From Alphaproteobacteria bacterium MarineAlpha12_Bin1 (GTDB lineage Bacteria; Pseudomonadota; Alphaproteobacteria; UBA6615): a stretch of 64,000 nucleotides of DNA. Below, piece after piece: positions 54,644 through 64,000 of the stretch. Both the position numbers and the translations under genes were made by a program. Under the pieces are notes generated by a model, which saw nothing but the letters and a program-made list of their open reading frames with translations, did no database searches and was not told the DNA's origin. The stretch spans positions 54,540 through 118,539 of the forward strand of contig PTJY01000006.1 of assembly GCA_002937505.1 (NCBI GenBank), read 5' to 3'. Each line of letters starts with the position of its first letter. Positions within the stretch are counted from its first letter, which is position 1.

Positions 54644-56020
54644 ATGAAAACAATTATATGTGGAGCCGGTCAGGTAGGGTCAAATATCGCTAAAGAATTA
54701 GCGAGTGAGAGAGTTGACGTTACTGTCGTTGATCAGAGTGTTGAGCTCATAGCTCGAATAAGAGATACTCTAGATGTTCGTGCTATGGTCGGTCATGCTT
54801 CTTTGCCAGATGTTCTTGAAGCAGCCGGAGCAGCTGATGCTGACATGTTGATTGCAGTAACATTTGCAGATGAAGTAAATATGATTGCATGCCAAGTAGC
54901 GCACTCACTTTTTAATGTTCCAACCAAAATAGCGCGTATACGTGAACAGAGTTATAGAAAGCAGATTTGGTCAGACCTTTTTAGTCATGACAATATGCCA
55001 ATCGATGTCATTATATCCCCTGAGATAGAGGTGGCAAAAGCTATTAGCCGTAGGTTTACTGTTCCCGGCTCATTCGAAATAATTCCGTTGGCAGATAACA
55101 AGTTACGTTTAATTGGCGTTAGATGCGAGGAAGAATGTCCAATAACAAATACTCCGTTGCGTCAGCTAACTTCTCTATTTCCAGATCTAAATATTACTAT
55201 AGTTGGTATTATTAGAGAAAATAGATCTATGGTTCCACGAGGAGACGATCACTTAGAAATTGGAGATGAAGTATATCTTGTAGTGGATGCACAACAAATA
55301 GAGCGTGCAATGTCTGCATTTGGCCATGATGAACCCGAGGCACGGCGAGTGGTGATAATTGGAGGAGGAAATATTGGTCAAAGCTTAGCTTCTAATGTTG
55401 AAGAACAATTTACAGGGGTAAGTGCGAGTTTAATCGAAATTGATAAAGAAGTTGCGATGAATGCGGCTCAGGCGCTTGCAAAAACAACTGTAATAAACGG
55501 TGATGCCTTAGATCCAGAAATCTTGGTTGAAGCCAATATCGGAAATTCAGCAACAGTAGTAGCAGTTTCTAATGATGACGAGGTTAATATACTAGCTTCA
55601 TTATTAGCAAAAAGATATGGAGCCGAACGAGCCGTAACTTTAGTGAATACTATGACTTACAATCCTCTTCTTGCACCATTAGGAATTGACGTTGTCGTTA
55701 GCCCTAGAGCGATAACCGCATCCACAATACTACAGCATGTCCGCAGGGGAAGTATTAGGTCGGTGCATTCTATTGGAGAGAATTTTGGTGAGGTTATCGA
55801 GGTAGAGGCGCTAGAAACCTCCAGTTTAGTTGGTCAGACAATACTTGACTCTCGATTACCTTCGGGGGTCATCGTAGCAGCAGTTCTTAGGGATGGAAGC
55901 ATAATTAGAGTTGACAAAAATACTAGAATTCATGCTGGTGATAGAGTTATTTTGTTTGCTACAAAAGGAGCCATTAGAAAGGTTGAAAAATTATTTTCAG
56001 TCCGTCTAGAGTTCTTTTAA
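54644..56020 (+). CDS. trkA: Trk system potassium uptake protein TrkA
   Basis: Two tandem RCK/NAD-binding modules (ICGAGQVGSNIA, IIGGGNIGQSLA). Confidence 0.94.
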   Translation: MKTIICGAGQVGSNIAKELASERVDVTVVDQSVELIARIRDTLDVRAMVGHASLPDVLEAAGAADADMLIAVTFADEVNMIACQVAHSLFNVPTKIARIREQSYRKQIWSDLFSHDNMPIDVIISPEIEVAKAISRRFTVPGSFEIIPLADNKLRLIGVRCEEECPITNTPLRQLTSLFPDLNITIVGIIRENRSMVPRGDDHLEIGDEVYLVVDAQQIERAMSAFGHDEPEARRVVIIGGGNIGQSLASNVEEQFTGVSASLIEIDKEVAMNAAQALAKTTVINGDALDPEILVEANIGNSATVVAVSNDDEVNILASLLAKRYGAERAVTLVNTMTYNPLLAPLGIDVVVSPRAITASTILQHVRRGSIRSVHSIGENFGEVIEVEALETSSLVGQTILDSRLPSGVIVAAVLRDGSIIRVDKNTRIHAGDRVILFATKGAIRKVEKLFSVRLEFF

Positions 56021-56316
56021 CTGTTGTCAAGCACTAGTAACTAGTTAATATATTAGATTAATATGTATTGTTAGTGCACTGTAAATAATGGTTAAAAAAT
56101 GTAGATAAACCATTTATAGTATTTAGCTGGATAATTTATACAATAATTGAGTTCTTTCTATTCTATTGAATTATAGGTTAAACTATTTGTTCAGTAAAAC
56201 TAAACCAGAAGTTAATGTAAGGTTAAGAGCTATTATATAACGTAAACCTAGGGATTAATTCGAACGGTAAGAAATTCTATCCTAAAACAACAAAAATAAA
56301 GTCTGGGGTTTGAAAA

Positions 56317-56574
56317 ATGGCTGGGGAGAAATCACAAAACGTTCAAGATGTTTTTTTGAATCATATACGTAAGAGTAAGGTCCCAGTAACTGTTTTTTTG
56401 GTAAATGGTGTTAAATTGCAAGGCATAGTAACCTGGTTTGATAATTTCTGTGTATTTTTGAGAAGAGATACTCATTCACAGCTTGTTTATAAGCACGCTA
56501 TTTCAACAATTATGCCATCAACTCCAATACAGTTATTTGAACCGCCGCCTGAAGAATTAGACGCTGAAGAGTAA
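56317..56574 (+). CDS. hfq: RNA chaperone Hfq
   Basis: Sm motifs [21 protein letters not shown] and YKHAISTI. Confidence 0.96.
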   Translation: MAGEKSQNVQDVFLNHIRKSKVPVTVFLVNGVKLQGIVTWFDNFCVFLRRDTHSQLVYKHAISTIMPSTPIQLFEPPPEELDAEE

Positions 56575-56584
56575 TATATAAATC

Positions 56585-57925
56585 TTGGTTTCATATAACG
56601 GTAAAGATAAAATAGAAGCGGGACAGGGTAGTCTCGAACGGGCGATTGTACTGCAACCCGATCTGGGGTCCTCTGCTATTGGCAATAGAAACCCAGACAC
56701 TATGTTGATTGAAACAATAGGTCTCGCTGAATCAATTGGCTTAAAGGTAGTTACCTCAAAAGTTGTTAATGTAAAAAAACCGCATCCTGCTACTCTTTTT
56801 GGTCCAGGAAATATTTCAGATTTTAAATCTCAAGTTATATCGAACAAAGCTAGTCTTATAATTATAGGGGCTCCTATAACTCCAGTTCAGCAAAGAAACT
56901 TGGAACACAAATGGAACACAAAAGTTATTGATAGGACAGGGCTCATAATTGAAATCTTTGGTGACCGTGCTAGAACAAAAGAGGGTTCGTTACAGGTGGA
57001 ACTTGCTGCTCTAACGTATCAAAGAAGTAGATTAGTTAGATCTTGGACGCATTTGGAACGTCAAAGAGGTGGGGCAGGGTTTCTTGGTGGACCGGGAGAG
57101 AGACAGTTAGAACTTGATAGACGTTTAATTGATCAACGGTTGGCTAAAATTAAAAAACAGTTAAGCAGAGTCAGCAGGACTCGTGGCTTACATCGCTCAG
57201 CGCGGAAACGCGTACCATACCCGATAGTCTCACTGGTTGGTTATACGAACGCTGGTAAATCTACTCTGTTTAACAATCTCACAAATTCAAAAGTATTAGC
57301 TGAAGACATGTTGTTTGCTACTCTGGATCCTACTATGCGCGCTTTATCGCTTCCTAGTGGGCAAAACATAATCTTGTCCGATACTGTAGGGTTTATACAA
57401 GACTTACCCACCCATTTAATAGCAGCTTTTAGATCAACGCTAGAAGAGGTTGTTTCATCAGATATAGTACTTCACGTAAGGGACATCTCACACGATGAAA
57501 CAGAGCAACAACAAAAAGACGTTAGCCTAATACTAGCTAATTTATTTAATGATTCATCTCTAGACACAGATAATATTCCACCAATAATTGAAATTTTCAA
57601 CAAAACAGATTTACTAAAGAAAGAGCGCTATGACTATTTCCAAAACATTGCTTCAAGGAAGGAAAATGTAATAGCCGTATCGGCTTTGACAGGGGAGGGT
57701 TGTTTAGAGTTACTAAAAAAAATATCTGAGCATATTTTGTCAGAGCATGTAGTTTTAGATATAAAAATCCCTCTCAATGACGGTGCAATGCTGGCCTGGC
57801 TTTATCAAAATGGGGATATAATAGAAAGAAGAGATGGTGATCAACATTTTCACATATCAGTTTGTTTAAGCCCGACGAATCACATTCGATATATAAATCG
57901 GATGTCTGAAAACGGCAAAATATAA
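56585..57925 (+). CDS. hflX: GTPase HflX
   Basis: HflX N-domain, motifs GPGERQLELDRR and GYTNAGKST, and DTVGF. No in-frame ATG lies before the conserved N-domain, so the TTG 56585 start is inferred. Confidence 0.93.
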   Translation: MVSYNGKDKIEAGQGSLERAIVLQPDLGSSAIGNRNPDTMLIETIGLAESIGLKVVTSKVVNVKKPHPATLFGPGNISDFKSQVISNKASLIIIGAPITPVQQRNLEHKWNTKVIDRTGLIIEIFGDRARTKEGSLQVELAALTYQRSRLVRSWTHLERQRGGAGFLGGPGERQLELDRRLIDQRLAKIKKQLSRVSRTRGLHRSARKRVPYPIVSLVGYTNAGKSTLFNNLTNSKVLAEDMLFATLDPTMRALSLPSGQNIILSDTVGFIQDLPTHLIAAFRSTLEEVVSSDIVLHVRDISHDETEQQQKDVSLILANLFNDSSLDTDNIPPIIEIFNKTDLLKKERYDYFQNIASRKENVIAVSALTGEGCLELLKKISEHILSEHVVLDIKIPLNDGAMLAWLYQNGDIIERRDGDQHFHISVCLSPTNHIRYINRMSENGKI

Positions 57926-57939
57926 GAATGAATTAAGTC

Positions 57940-58743
57940 ATGTCTCTTTTAAAAATTGATGTCGAAAAGATCACCCAATTGTTAATAGAGGTTTCTGTTA
58001 AAATAATACTGCCTAGTCATAATAAACTTAATCCTTCAGACATAGAGGAAAAAGATTATGGTGAATTAACTACCATAGCTGATATTAAAGCTGAAGCTTT
58101 TCTATCCCAAAGGTTATGTGAACTTTTGCCGGGTAGTTATGTGATAGGCGAAGAGGCTGCCTACAAAAGAAAAGATCTATTTAATTTATTGAGTGATGAT
58201 AACCCTGTATGGATTATTGACCCAATTGATGGCACACACAATTTTGCTAAAGGTAGTGATAATTTTGCCGTGATAATTGCATTAGTTGTTTCAGGACAAA
58301 CATTAGCTGGCTGGATTTATGAGCCTGTTTCAAAGAAAATTGCCCGAGGAGAACTAGGATCTGGCGTTTATGTGGACAATAACAAGGTTACACTGGTCAA
58401 TAGTATAAACGAGAATAAACATGATGGGATTGCAGCAAGCTATTTATTTGATTTACTTAGGCAGGATAGAGTTCATGTCGGAGAGTTAAATAGACCCAAT
58501 TGTGCTGGGCACGAGTACATTCAGTTGTTGGAGTCTAATATAAGTTTTACTGCCTATACTAGGTTAAGGCAGTGGGATCATGTCGCTGGAAGTTTTTTAA
58601 TAGTTGAATCTGGCGGAACAAGCGCTTTAGTCGATAACAACGAGTATAATTCGACGATAAATCAAGGCAATCTTTTAAGTGCATTGAATGATGATATATG
58701 GCATAAAATCGTCTCACTATTAGAAAATAATGATAAATATTAG
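57940..58743 (+). CDS. inositol monophosphatase family protein (substrate unknown)
   Basis: IMPase motifs WIIDPIDGTHNF and WDHVAG. Confidence 0.85.
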   Translation: MSLLKIDVEKITQLLIEVSVKIILPSHNKLNPSDIEEKDYGELTTIADIKAEAFLSQRLCELLPGSYVIGEEAAYKRKDLFNLLSDDNPVWIIDPIDGTHNFAKGSDNFAVIIALVVSGQTLAGWIYEPVSKKIARGELGSGVYVDNNKVTLVNSINENKHDGIAASYLFDLLRQDRVHVGELNRPNCAGHEYIQLLESNISFTAYTRLRQWDHVAGSFLIVESGGTSALVDNNEYNSTINQGNLLSALNDDIWHKIVSLLENNDKY

Positions 58744-58823
58744 ATTGTTTGTCGGGTGAGGGGAGTAGTTACAGTTAAATCCCTAGAGCTAAATATTAAA
58801 ATTAATTTTTGGCTTTTCTTAAT

Positions 58824-59630
58824 TTATCCAGTCACTTTTTTCGCTTTCTCCCATAATGCATTAAGCTCTTGCGGGGGTATGCTATTTTGATCTTTGCTAG
58901 AACTGAGAAAACGTTCAAGAATACGAAACCTTTTCTCAAATTTAAAGTTAGCTGCTCTTAAAGCTGTTTCAGAATTTATGTTGAGATGACGGAGCAGGTT
59001 AATGCAGGCAAAAATCAAATCACCTGCCTCGTCTAATATTCTATCTTCATTATTGGTTGAGGTGAGTTCATGTTTAAGCTCACCTAACTCTTCTAGAACT
59101 TTTTCTAGGACAGGGTTTATGTCATCCCAATCAAACCCGATTGTCGCAGCTCTCTGCTGGAGTTTTTCTGATCTCATCATTGAGGGAAAATTATTGGGTA
59201 TGTTGTCAAGGACGCTAATGTCTTTACCTTCACGAATTGATTTCTCTTCTCTTTCCTTGGCTTTAATCTTTTCCCAACTAGTTTCTTGTTGCTCCGAATT
59301 TTCAACTTTATTTTGAGAATATATATGAGGGTGACGATGCTTTAATTTGTTTACCACCGAGTTAATTACGTCATTTATATTAAATTCATCAATTTCTGAT
59401 GCCATCTGTGAATGGAATACAACTTGCAATAGAAGATCCCCAAGTTCTTCTTTTAATGCCTCGAAGTCTTTTTTGTCTATTGCGTCAGCGACCTCATATG
59501 CTTCCTCTATTGTGTACGGAAGAATAGAGTCAAATGTCTGAGACTTATCCCACTCACAGCCGTTAATAGGGTCCCTTAATTCTTTCATTACCTCTAAAAG
59601 GTTATCAAGCTTATTAATTGTCATGTGCAC
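58824..59630 (-). CDS. mazG: nucleoside triphosphate pyrophosphohydrolase MazG
   Basis: Two tandem MazG domains (EEAYEVADAI...ELGDLLLQV and EELGELKHEL...EAGDLIFA). Confidence 0.92.
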   Translation of the reverse strand: MHMTINKLDNLLEVMKELRDPINGCEWDKSQTFDSILPYTIEEAYEVADAIDKKDFEALKEELGDLLLQVVFHSQMASEIDEFNINDVINSVVNKLKHRHPHIYSQNKVENSEQQETSWEKIKAKEREEKSIREGKDISVLDNIPNNFPSMMRSEKLQQRAATIGFDWDDINPVLEKVLEELGELKHELTSTNNEDRILDEAGDLIFACINLLRHLNINSETALRAANFKFEKRFRILERFLSSSKDQNSIPPQELNALWEKAKKVTG

Positions 59631-59761
59631 TTTTTCTTCTAATTATTATTTTCGTTTTTTGATTCGGTCTTATTGTGTATTAGCGTATAATATATATTAT
59701 GTTAAATTGTATATTATTATTTAATTATCAATTGGTTATGTATGTTCATTAATGTTATAGA

Positions 59762-60532
59762 TTAATTAGTATCAAAAAGTGTATGAAAATTATTTGTAGT
59801 GATACTCATAAGATCTTGCTCTTTAACATTTATAATATCTGCTAATTCTTTGAGGGTGTGTACAACGAATGAAGGTTCATTTCTTTTACCCCTATTTGGT
59901 ACTGGTGCTAAAAACGGCGCATCAGTTTCAACAAGTAACTTATTTAGTGGTAAGTGATTGACTATATCCCTTACAGCCTGAGCTTTTTTAAAAGTTATAA
60001 TACCAGAGAAACTTATGTATAAGCCAATATCAATTGACCTCAAAGCAAGATCTAATCCGCTACTAAAACAATGCATAACACCGGTGAAAGGACAAGCTTT
60101 ATACTCGCTTTCTAATATCTCAATCATAGCTCCATCTGCATCCCTAGAATGTATTACTAATGGAAGTCCTGTTTCTTGTGCTGCTACTATATGTGTAATA
60201 AAGTTTTGACATTGCTTATTGGGTGAGCTGTTATTGTAATGAAAGTCGAGACCGGTTTCACCAATACCTATAACCTTTGGATGTCTCGATAATTCTATTA
60301 AATGTTCCGTTGTTTTTTGTCCCTCAGATTCTGCCTCATGAGGGTGAACACCTACAGTGCACCAAACATTAGAATATTTTTCAGCAATTTCTAGTATCTT
60401 ATGAAAACGGCTGATATGTGTGCATATAGTAAGAATCTCAGTTACACCATTTTCCAAGGCACGTTCTATCACCTCATCTAAGTCAGTCCTGAATTCATCG
60501 AAATCTAGATGACAATGGCTATCTACGATCAT
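59762..60532 (-). CDS. tatD: TatD family metal-dependent DNase/hydrolase
   Basis: Motifs DSHCHLD, GETGLDFHY and ETDAPFL. ATGA-type overlap with the metG end. Confidence 0.92.
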   Translation of the reverse strand: MIVDSHCHLDFDEFRTDLDEVIERALENGVTEILTICTHISRFHKILEIAEKYSNVWCTVGVHPHEAESEGQKTTEHLIELSRHPKVIGIGETGLDFHYNNSSPNKQCQNFITHIVAAQETGLPLVIHSRDADGAMIEILESEYKACPFTGVMHCFSSGLDLALRSIDIGLYISFSGIITFKKAQAVRDIVNHLPLNKLLVETDAPFLAPVPNRGKRNEPSFVVHTLKELADIINVKEQDLMSITTNNFHTLFDTN

Positions 60533-62103
60533 CTGTTTCCATTTTGGTTTACTTCTTCCAAGTACCTTGGAAAAACTGGATAAGGATCCGAAAGATTTGT
60601 TCCTGGACTTACTGCATACTTATCACTCAGATTAGAAAATGTACGTTCATCGAATGGTGAAGCAATTTGATCTAATATCTTAGATGCTGAATCAGGCATG
60701 ATTGGTTGAATTAAAATAGAAACTTTTCGAATTACCTCAATAAGAACAAACAAAACTGTCTTCATTCTTAACTGATCAGTTTTACGAAGAACCCATGGTG
60801 CCTGTTTATCGATATACCTATTTGAATCACCTATTACTTTCCAAATTAACTCCAGAGCTTTATTAAACGCCTGTTCATTAAATTCAGCTCTTACTAGAGG
60901 ATGAAGCCCATCAGCGTCTTTAAGAAGGACAATGTCTTCTTCGTTTAATTCCGACGGCTCTGGGATCTTACTATCACAATTTTTCTTAATCATAGACAAA
61001 ACTCTTTGCACAAGATTACCCAAATCATTTGCTAGATCGCCGTTTATTCTCCCTACCATGCTCTCATGACTTATATAACCATCTTGCCCAAAAGGTACCT
61101 CCCTTAGGAGATAATAACGAACGGCATCAAGTCCATAATTTTCAGTTAAATTTGCAGCTGTGACGACATTTCCAAGTGATTTAGACATCTTTTCACCTCG
61201 ATTAAGGAGCCAACCATGTGCAAATACGCGTTTCGGCGGGTGTAGACCCGCTGCCATTAGAAATGCAGGCCAATAAACAGCATGAAATCTCAAAATGTCT
61301 TTTCCCACCATATGGAGGTCAGCTGGCCAAAACCTTTCATATGGTTCTTGTTTGGTTTGAGGGTATCCAACACCTGTTTGATAATTATTCAAAGCATCCA
61401 GCCAAACGTACATTATATGGTCAGGATCGTCTGGCACTGGTATCCCCCAATTAAAGCTAGTTCTGCTTACTGAGAGATCATTTAGACCTCCTTTTACAAA
61501 ACTAATCACTTCATTTCTTCTGCTTTTTGGTCCTATAAAATTTGGGTTTTTGTTATAAAAGTCTAATAATGGTTCTTGCCATTTTGATAAATCAAAGAAG
61601 TAGCTTGGCTCTTCAACCCATTCTACCTCAGCCCCTGATGGAGCTACCTTTTGACCTTTGTCATTAACTGATAACTCCTTTTCTCCATAAAACGCTTCAT
61701 CACGGACTGCGTACCAACCCGAATAGCTACCTAGATATATATGTCCATTTTCCCTAATCTTTTTCCAAAGATCTTGTGTCGCTTTAATATGTCTGCTTTC
61801 AGTTGTTCTAATAAAATCATCATGGGAATAATTCATTTCTTCCGCTAATTGTCGAAAGTTTTGACTTAACGAATCTGTAAATTCTTGAGGCTCTTTGCCC
61901 GCTGCTTCGGCTGACTTTTGTACCTTTTGACCGTGTTCATCCGTGCCTGTTAGAAAAAATACGTTCTTACCATCCAGCCTATTAAACCGAGCAAGCACAT
62001 CACAAGCTAATGTTGTATACGCATGACCAATGTGAGGCTTATCATTCACATAATATATTGGCGTGGTTAAATAAAAGTCTTGTTTTGTCAAAGTTCTATC
62101 CAC
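60529..62103 (-). CDS. metG: methionine--tRNA ligase (short form without C-terminal tRNA-binding domain)
   Basis: HIGH motif (PHIGHAY) and KMSKS are present. 524 aa. Confidence 0.96.
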   Translation of the reverse strand: MDRTLTKQDFYLTTPIYYVNDKPHIGHAYTTLACDVLARFNRLDGKNVFFLTGTDEHGQKVQKSAEAAGKEPQEFTDSLSQNFRQLAEEMNYSHDDFIRTTESRHIKATQDLWKKIRENGHIYLGSYSGWYAVRDEAFYGEKELSVNDKGQKVAPSGAEVEWVEEPSYFFDLSKWQEPLLDFYNKNPNFIGPKSRRNEVISFVKGGLNDLSVSRTSFNWGIPVPDDPDHIMYVWLDALNNYQTGVGYPQTKQEPYERFWPADLHMVGKDILRFHAVYWPAFLMAAGLHPPKRVFAHGWLLNRGEKMSKSLGNVVTAANLTENYGLDAVRYYLLREVPFGQDGYISHESMVGRINGDLANDLGNLVQRVLSMIKKNCDSKIPEPSELNEEDIVLLKDADGLHPLVRAEFNEQAFNKALELIWKVIGDSNRYIDKQAPWVLRKTDQLRMKTVLFVLIEVIRKVSILIQPIMPDSASKILDQIASPFDERTFSNLSDKYAVSPGTNLSDPYPVFPRYLEEVNQNGNR

Positions 62104-62122
62104 AATATCTGATTTTTATAGA

Positions 62123-62338
62123 TTAGTGATTTTCGTTTTTCGTTTGGGCTTTTATTTTTGCTTTGTATCTGTGTCCATACCAAACACAAAGTAACAAAGG
62201 CCACATTATGTATATACCTAAATCTGAAATCTCCTTAGGTAAAAACTTAACAAAAAAATGATCTATTGCCCCTATTAATATTATTACCCACATAGAGTAA
62301 GTTAATGGATCTAGAAAACGTGCAAATATTTTAGACAT
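62123..62338 (-). CDS. hypothetical small membrane protein (two predicted TM helices)
   Basis: 71-aa ORF fills the holB-metG gap (35 nt and 19 nt spacers). Hydrophobic segments YSMWVIILIGAIDHFFV and LGIYIMWPLLLCVWY, with a basic C-terminus. No homology recognised. Confidence 0.5.
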   Translation of the reverse strand: MSKIFARFLDPLTYSMWVIILIGAIDHFFVKFLPKEISDLGIYIMWPLLLCVWYGHRYKAKIKAQTKNENH

Positions 62339-62373
62339 TTATACTACTTAACTAGTTTTAACCATAAATTCAT

Positions 62374-63456
62374 TTATCTTGCAGCCTTTGATAATTCGAA
62401 AAATATATTCAAAATCACCTGTTTTCGATCTAAGTTTACTTTATCAGCTCTTTTAAGGAGAATGTTTATTCTATTCCAAGCATTTAACAAAATATCTAGA
62501 TCATTGCTGGATATATGATCAACAATTTTCATTTCATCTGAGGAAATTCCCGCTTCCTCATTACAGTTTTTACCCACAGAGAGTCTAATGACTCTACTAA
62601 ACCACCAAAGAATTAAGTCTGTAAAAGTTCTATATGACAACTCCTCAGAATCACTTGAAAGTGAGTCAGCAGTTTTATGTAGTAGATTTTCATTCAATAA
62701 AGGTAGATTACAAACTATTTCAACTAATGTTTTGTAAAGATCAAGGCCATTGGTTTCTATTAGATTAATTGCATTACCAGGTGATCCCTCAGATAGTGTC
62801 GATAATAATTGTAGATCTTTGTTCGGTACGTTTAAGTTTAGTTCCCGCAATATATCTTTAACCTGTTTACTAGACAAAGGTCTAAGTTTGAGAGTTAAAC
62901 ATCTAGATATGACAGTTGGTAGAAGATTATTTATTGAATGACAAACTAAGATAATCAACGTTTTTCTTGGAGGCTCTTCTAAGACTTTAAGTAGAGCATT
63001 TTGTGCATTTTGATTCATATCATCTGCAGAATCTATTATTACCGTACGCCAATCGCTAAGAGTGGGTGTTAATTTAAAAAAATGTGTCATTACTCTTATA
63101 TCTTCGACTGATATATCTTTTCTCAACCGATATGGAGGTTTGGTGTTATTGTTACGCCTGATAAGACGACAGTCTGGGTGAGAGCCAGCGACTATTTGAT
63201 TAACGATGTGTTCAGTTTTTTTTACATTTTCATATGCGCCAGATTTAAACGTACCTTTTGTGTGAATAGCTTTAATAAAATGCCAGGCAAATGTAGATTT
63301 TCCAATTCCTTTTGGACCAGTTAGAATCCATGCATGCGGTAATTTGTTATTACTAATAGCCATCTCCATAGTGTCGACAGCATCCTGATGTCCAATTAAT
63401 GAGGAAGTTGAACGAGGGGCTTCTATTTTTTCAATTATCTCTGAGTTCATCGCCAT
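62374..63456 (-). CDS. holB: DNA polymerase III subunit delta'
   Basis: Motif HAWILTGPKGIGKSTFA, AAA+ clamp-loader-like sequence, and the tmk-holB-metG synteny. Confidence 0.9.
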   Translation of the reverse strand: MAMNSEIIEKIEAPRSTSSLIGHQDAVDTMEMAISNNKLPHAWILTGPKGIGKSTFAWHFIKAIHTKGTFKSGAYENVKKTEHIVNQIVAGSHPDCRLIRRNNNTKPPYRLRKDISVEDIRVMTHFFKLTPTLSDWRTVIIDSADDMNQNAQNALLKVLEEPPRKTLIILVCHSINNLLPTVISRCLTLKLRPLSSKQVKDILRELNLNVPNKDLQLLSTLSEGSPGNAINLIETNGLDLYKTLVEIVCNLPLLNENLLHKTADSLSSDSEELSYRTFTDLILWWFSRVIRLSVGKNCNEEAGISSDEMKIVDHISSNDLDILLNAWNRINILLKRADKVNLDRKQVILNIFFELSKAAR

Positions 63457-63462
63457 AAAAAC

Positions 63463-64000
63463 TTAAATGTCTTTAATTAAAAATTTCTGAGATACTTCTT
63501 TCCAGACGCGGACGGAAACATCATCTAATGAACCTTGAGCTTTTATTACACGGCACCTCGTAGGATTGTTTTTCGCAATGTCTAAAAAGCCCTTACGCAA
63601 CTTTCTATGGAATTCAATATCCATTCGCTCGTATCTATCTTCATTTGATGAAAGTGAAACATTCCTATCCACAGCCCTTTTTAAGCCAACTTCTGGTTCG
63701 AGGTCTAAAATAAGTGTTAAATCTGGTTCTATATTATCAGCGGTAATCGTATATAAGGAATCAATAATACTTTTACTAACACCTTGCCCGTAACCCTGAT
63801 ACGCCATAGTTGAATCAGAAAAACGATCAGATATAACCCAAAGGCCTTTATCTAAAGAAGGATTAATCGTTTTTATAATGTGTTCATGCCTTGCTGCAAA
63901 ATGTAACATCGTTTCTGATATTGGCTCCCAAAAAGAAATTTCGCCTGAAACTAATAATGAGCGAATAGCATCAGAGGTTGGTGCACCACCTGGTTCACGT
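63463..64000 (-). CDS. tmk: dTMP (thymidylate) kinase, 5' end outside window
   Basis: The reading frame stays open to the window edge (REPGGAPTSDAIRSLL...), followed by LHFAARHEH and ISDRF. The ORF-track Met at 63909 is internal. Confidence 0.92.
   Translation of the reverse strand, partial: REPGGAPTSDAIRSLLVSGEISFWEPISETMLHFAARHEHIIKTINPSLDKGLWVISDRFSDSTMAYQGYGQGVSKSIIDSLYTITADNIEPDLTLILDLEPEVGLKRAVDRNVSLSSNEDRYERMDIEFHRKLRKGFLDIAKNNPTRCRVIKAQGSLDDVSVRVWKEVSQKFLIKDI

Noticed and set aside
50810-56020. The ntrY-ntrX-trkA region looks somewhat more GC-rich than its surroundings, which could hint at a horizontally acquired island.
   Set aside because: dusB-ntrBC-ntrYX-trkA-hfq-hflX is a canonical conserved alphaproteobacterial arrangement. 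Local GC also rises in conserved parts of dnaE, there are no flanking repeats, tRNA or integrase, and composition was judged only by eye.
56212-56226. CtrA-type box TTAA-N7-TTAA (TTAAtgtaaggTTAA) about 90 nt upstream of hfq.
   Set aside because: With this AT content the 8 specified positions are expected several times per window by chance, and there is no supporting context.
63665-63673. DnaA-box-like CTATCCACA, one mismatch from TTATCCACA.
   Set aside because: A single imperfect copy inside the tmk coding sequence, with no cluster, AT-rich unwinding element or replication-origin gene context.

Overview
This window is a compact, almost fully coding, AT-rich (by eye, not computed) stretch of alphaproteobacterial core chromosome. 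I count about 62 CDS, nearly all recognisable housekeeping genes in gene orders typical of Alphaproteobacteria. Plus strand: lolD'-dnaE; rpsB-tsf-pyrH-frr-uppS-cdsA-dxr-rseP-bamA-skp-lpxD-fabZ-lpxA-lpxI-lpxB. Minus strand: gltA, gltX, lexA, moeA-moaC-trpCDGE-ppiD. Plus strand: tpiA-secG-pyrG-kdsA-eno-ftsB-pdhABC-lpdA-lipA. Minus strand: cinA-pgpA-ispDF. Plus strand: dusB-ntrBC-ntrYX-trkA-hfq-hflX. Minus strand: mazG, tatD-metG-holB-tmk'. I recognised no rRNA, tRNA, CRISPR array, transposase, integrase, phage gene or defence-type gene. I do not see a convincing novel multi-gene system, and this reads as an ordinary core region. The modest leads are: (1) a tandem pair of diverged small cupin genes wedged between dnaE and rpsB; (2) a possible SD-sequestering structured leader upstream of rpsB; (3) an alphaproteobacterial GAAC-N7-GAAC LexA operator over the lexA promoter; (4) a perfect FNR/FixK-type TTGAT-N4-ATCAA palindrome upstream of the pdh operon; (5) translational coupling of ppiD to trpE with no room for a trp attenuator; (6) two small membrane-type ORFs in tight operon gaps; (7) an unexplained 296-bp spacer upstream of hfq. 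Several ORF-track starts are upstream in-frame extensions, and I moved them to starts supported by conserved N-termini and SD sequences. All homology calls come from motif recognition by eye; no database search was run.
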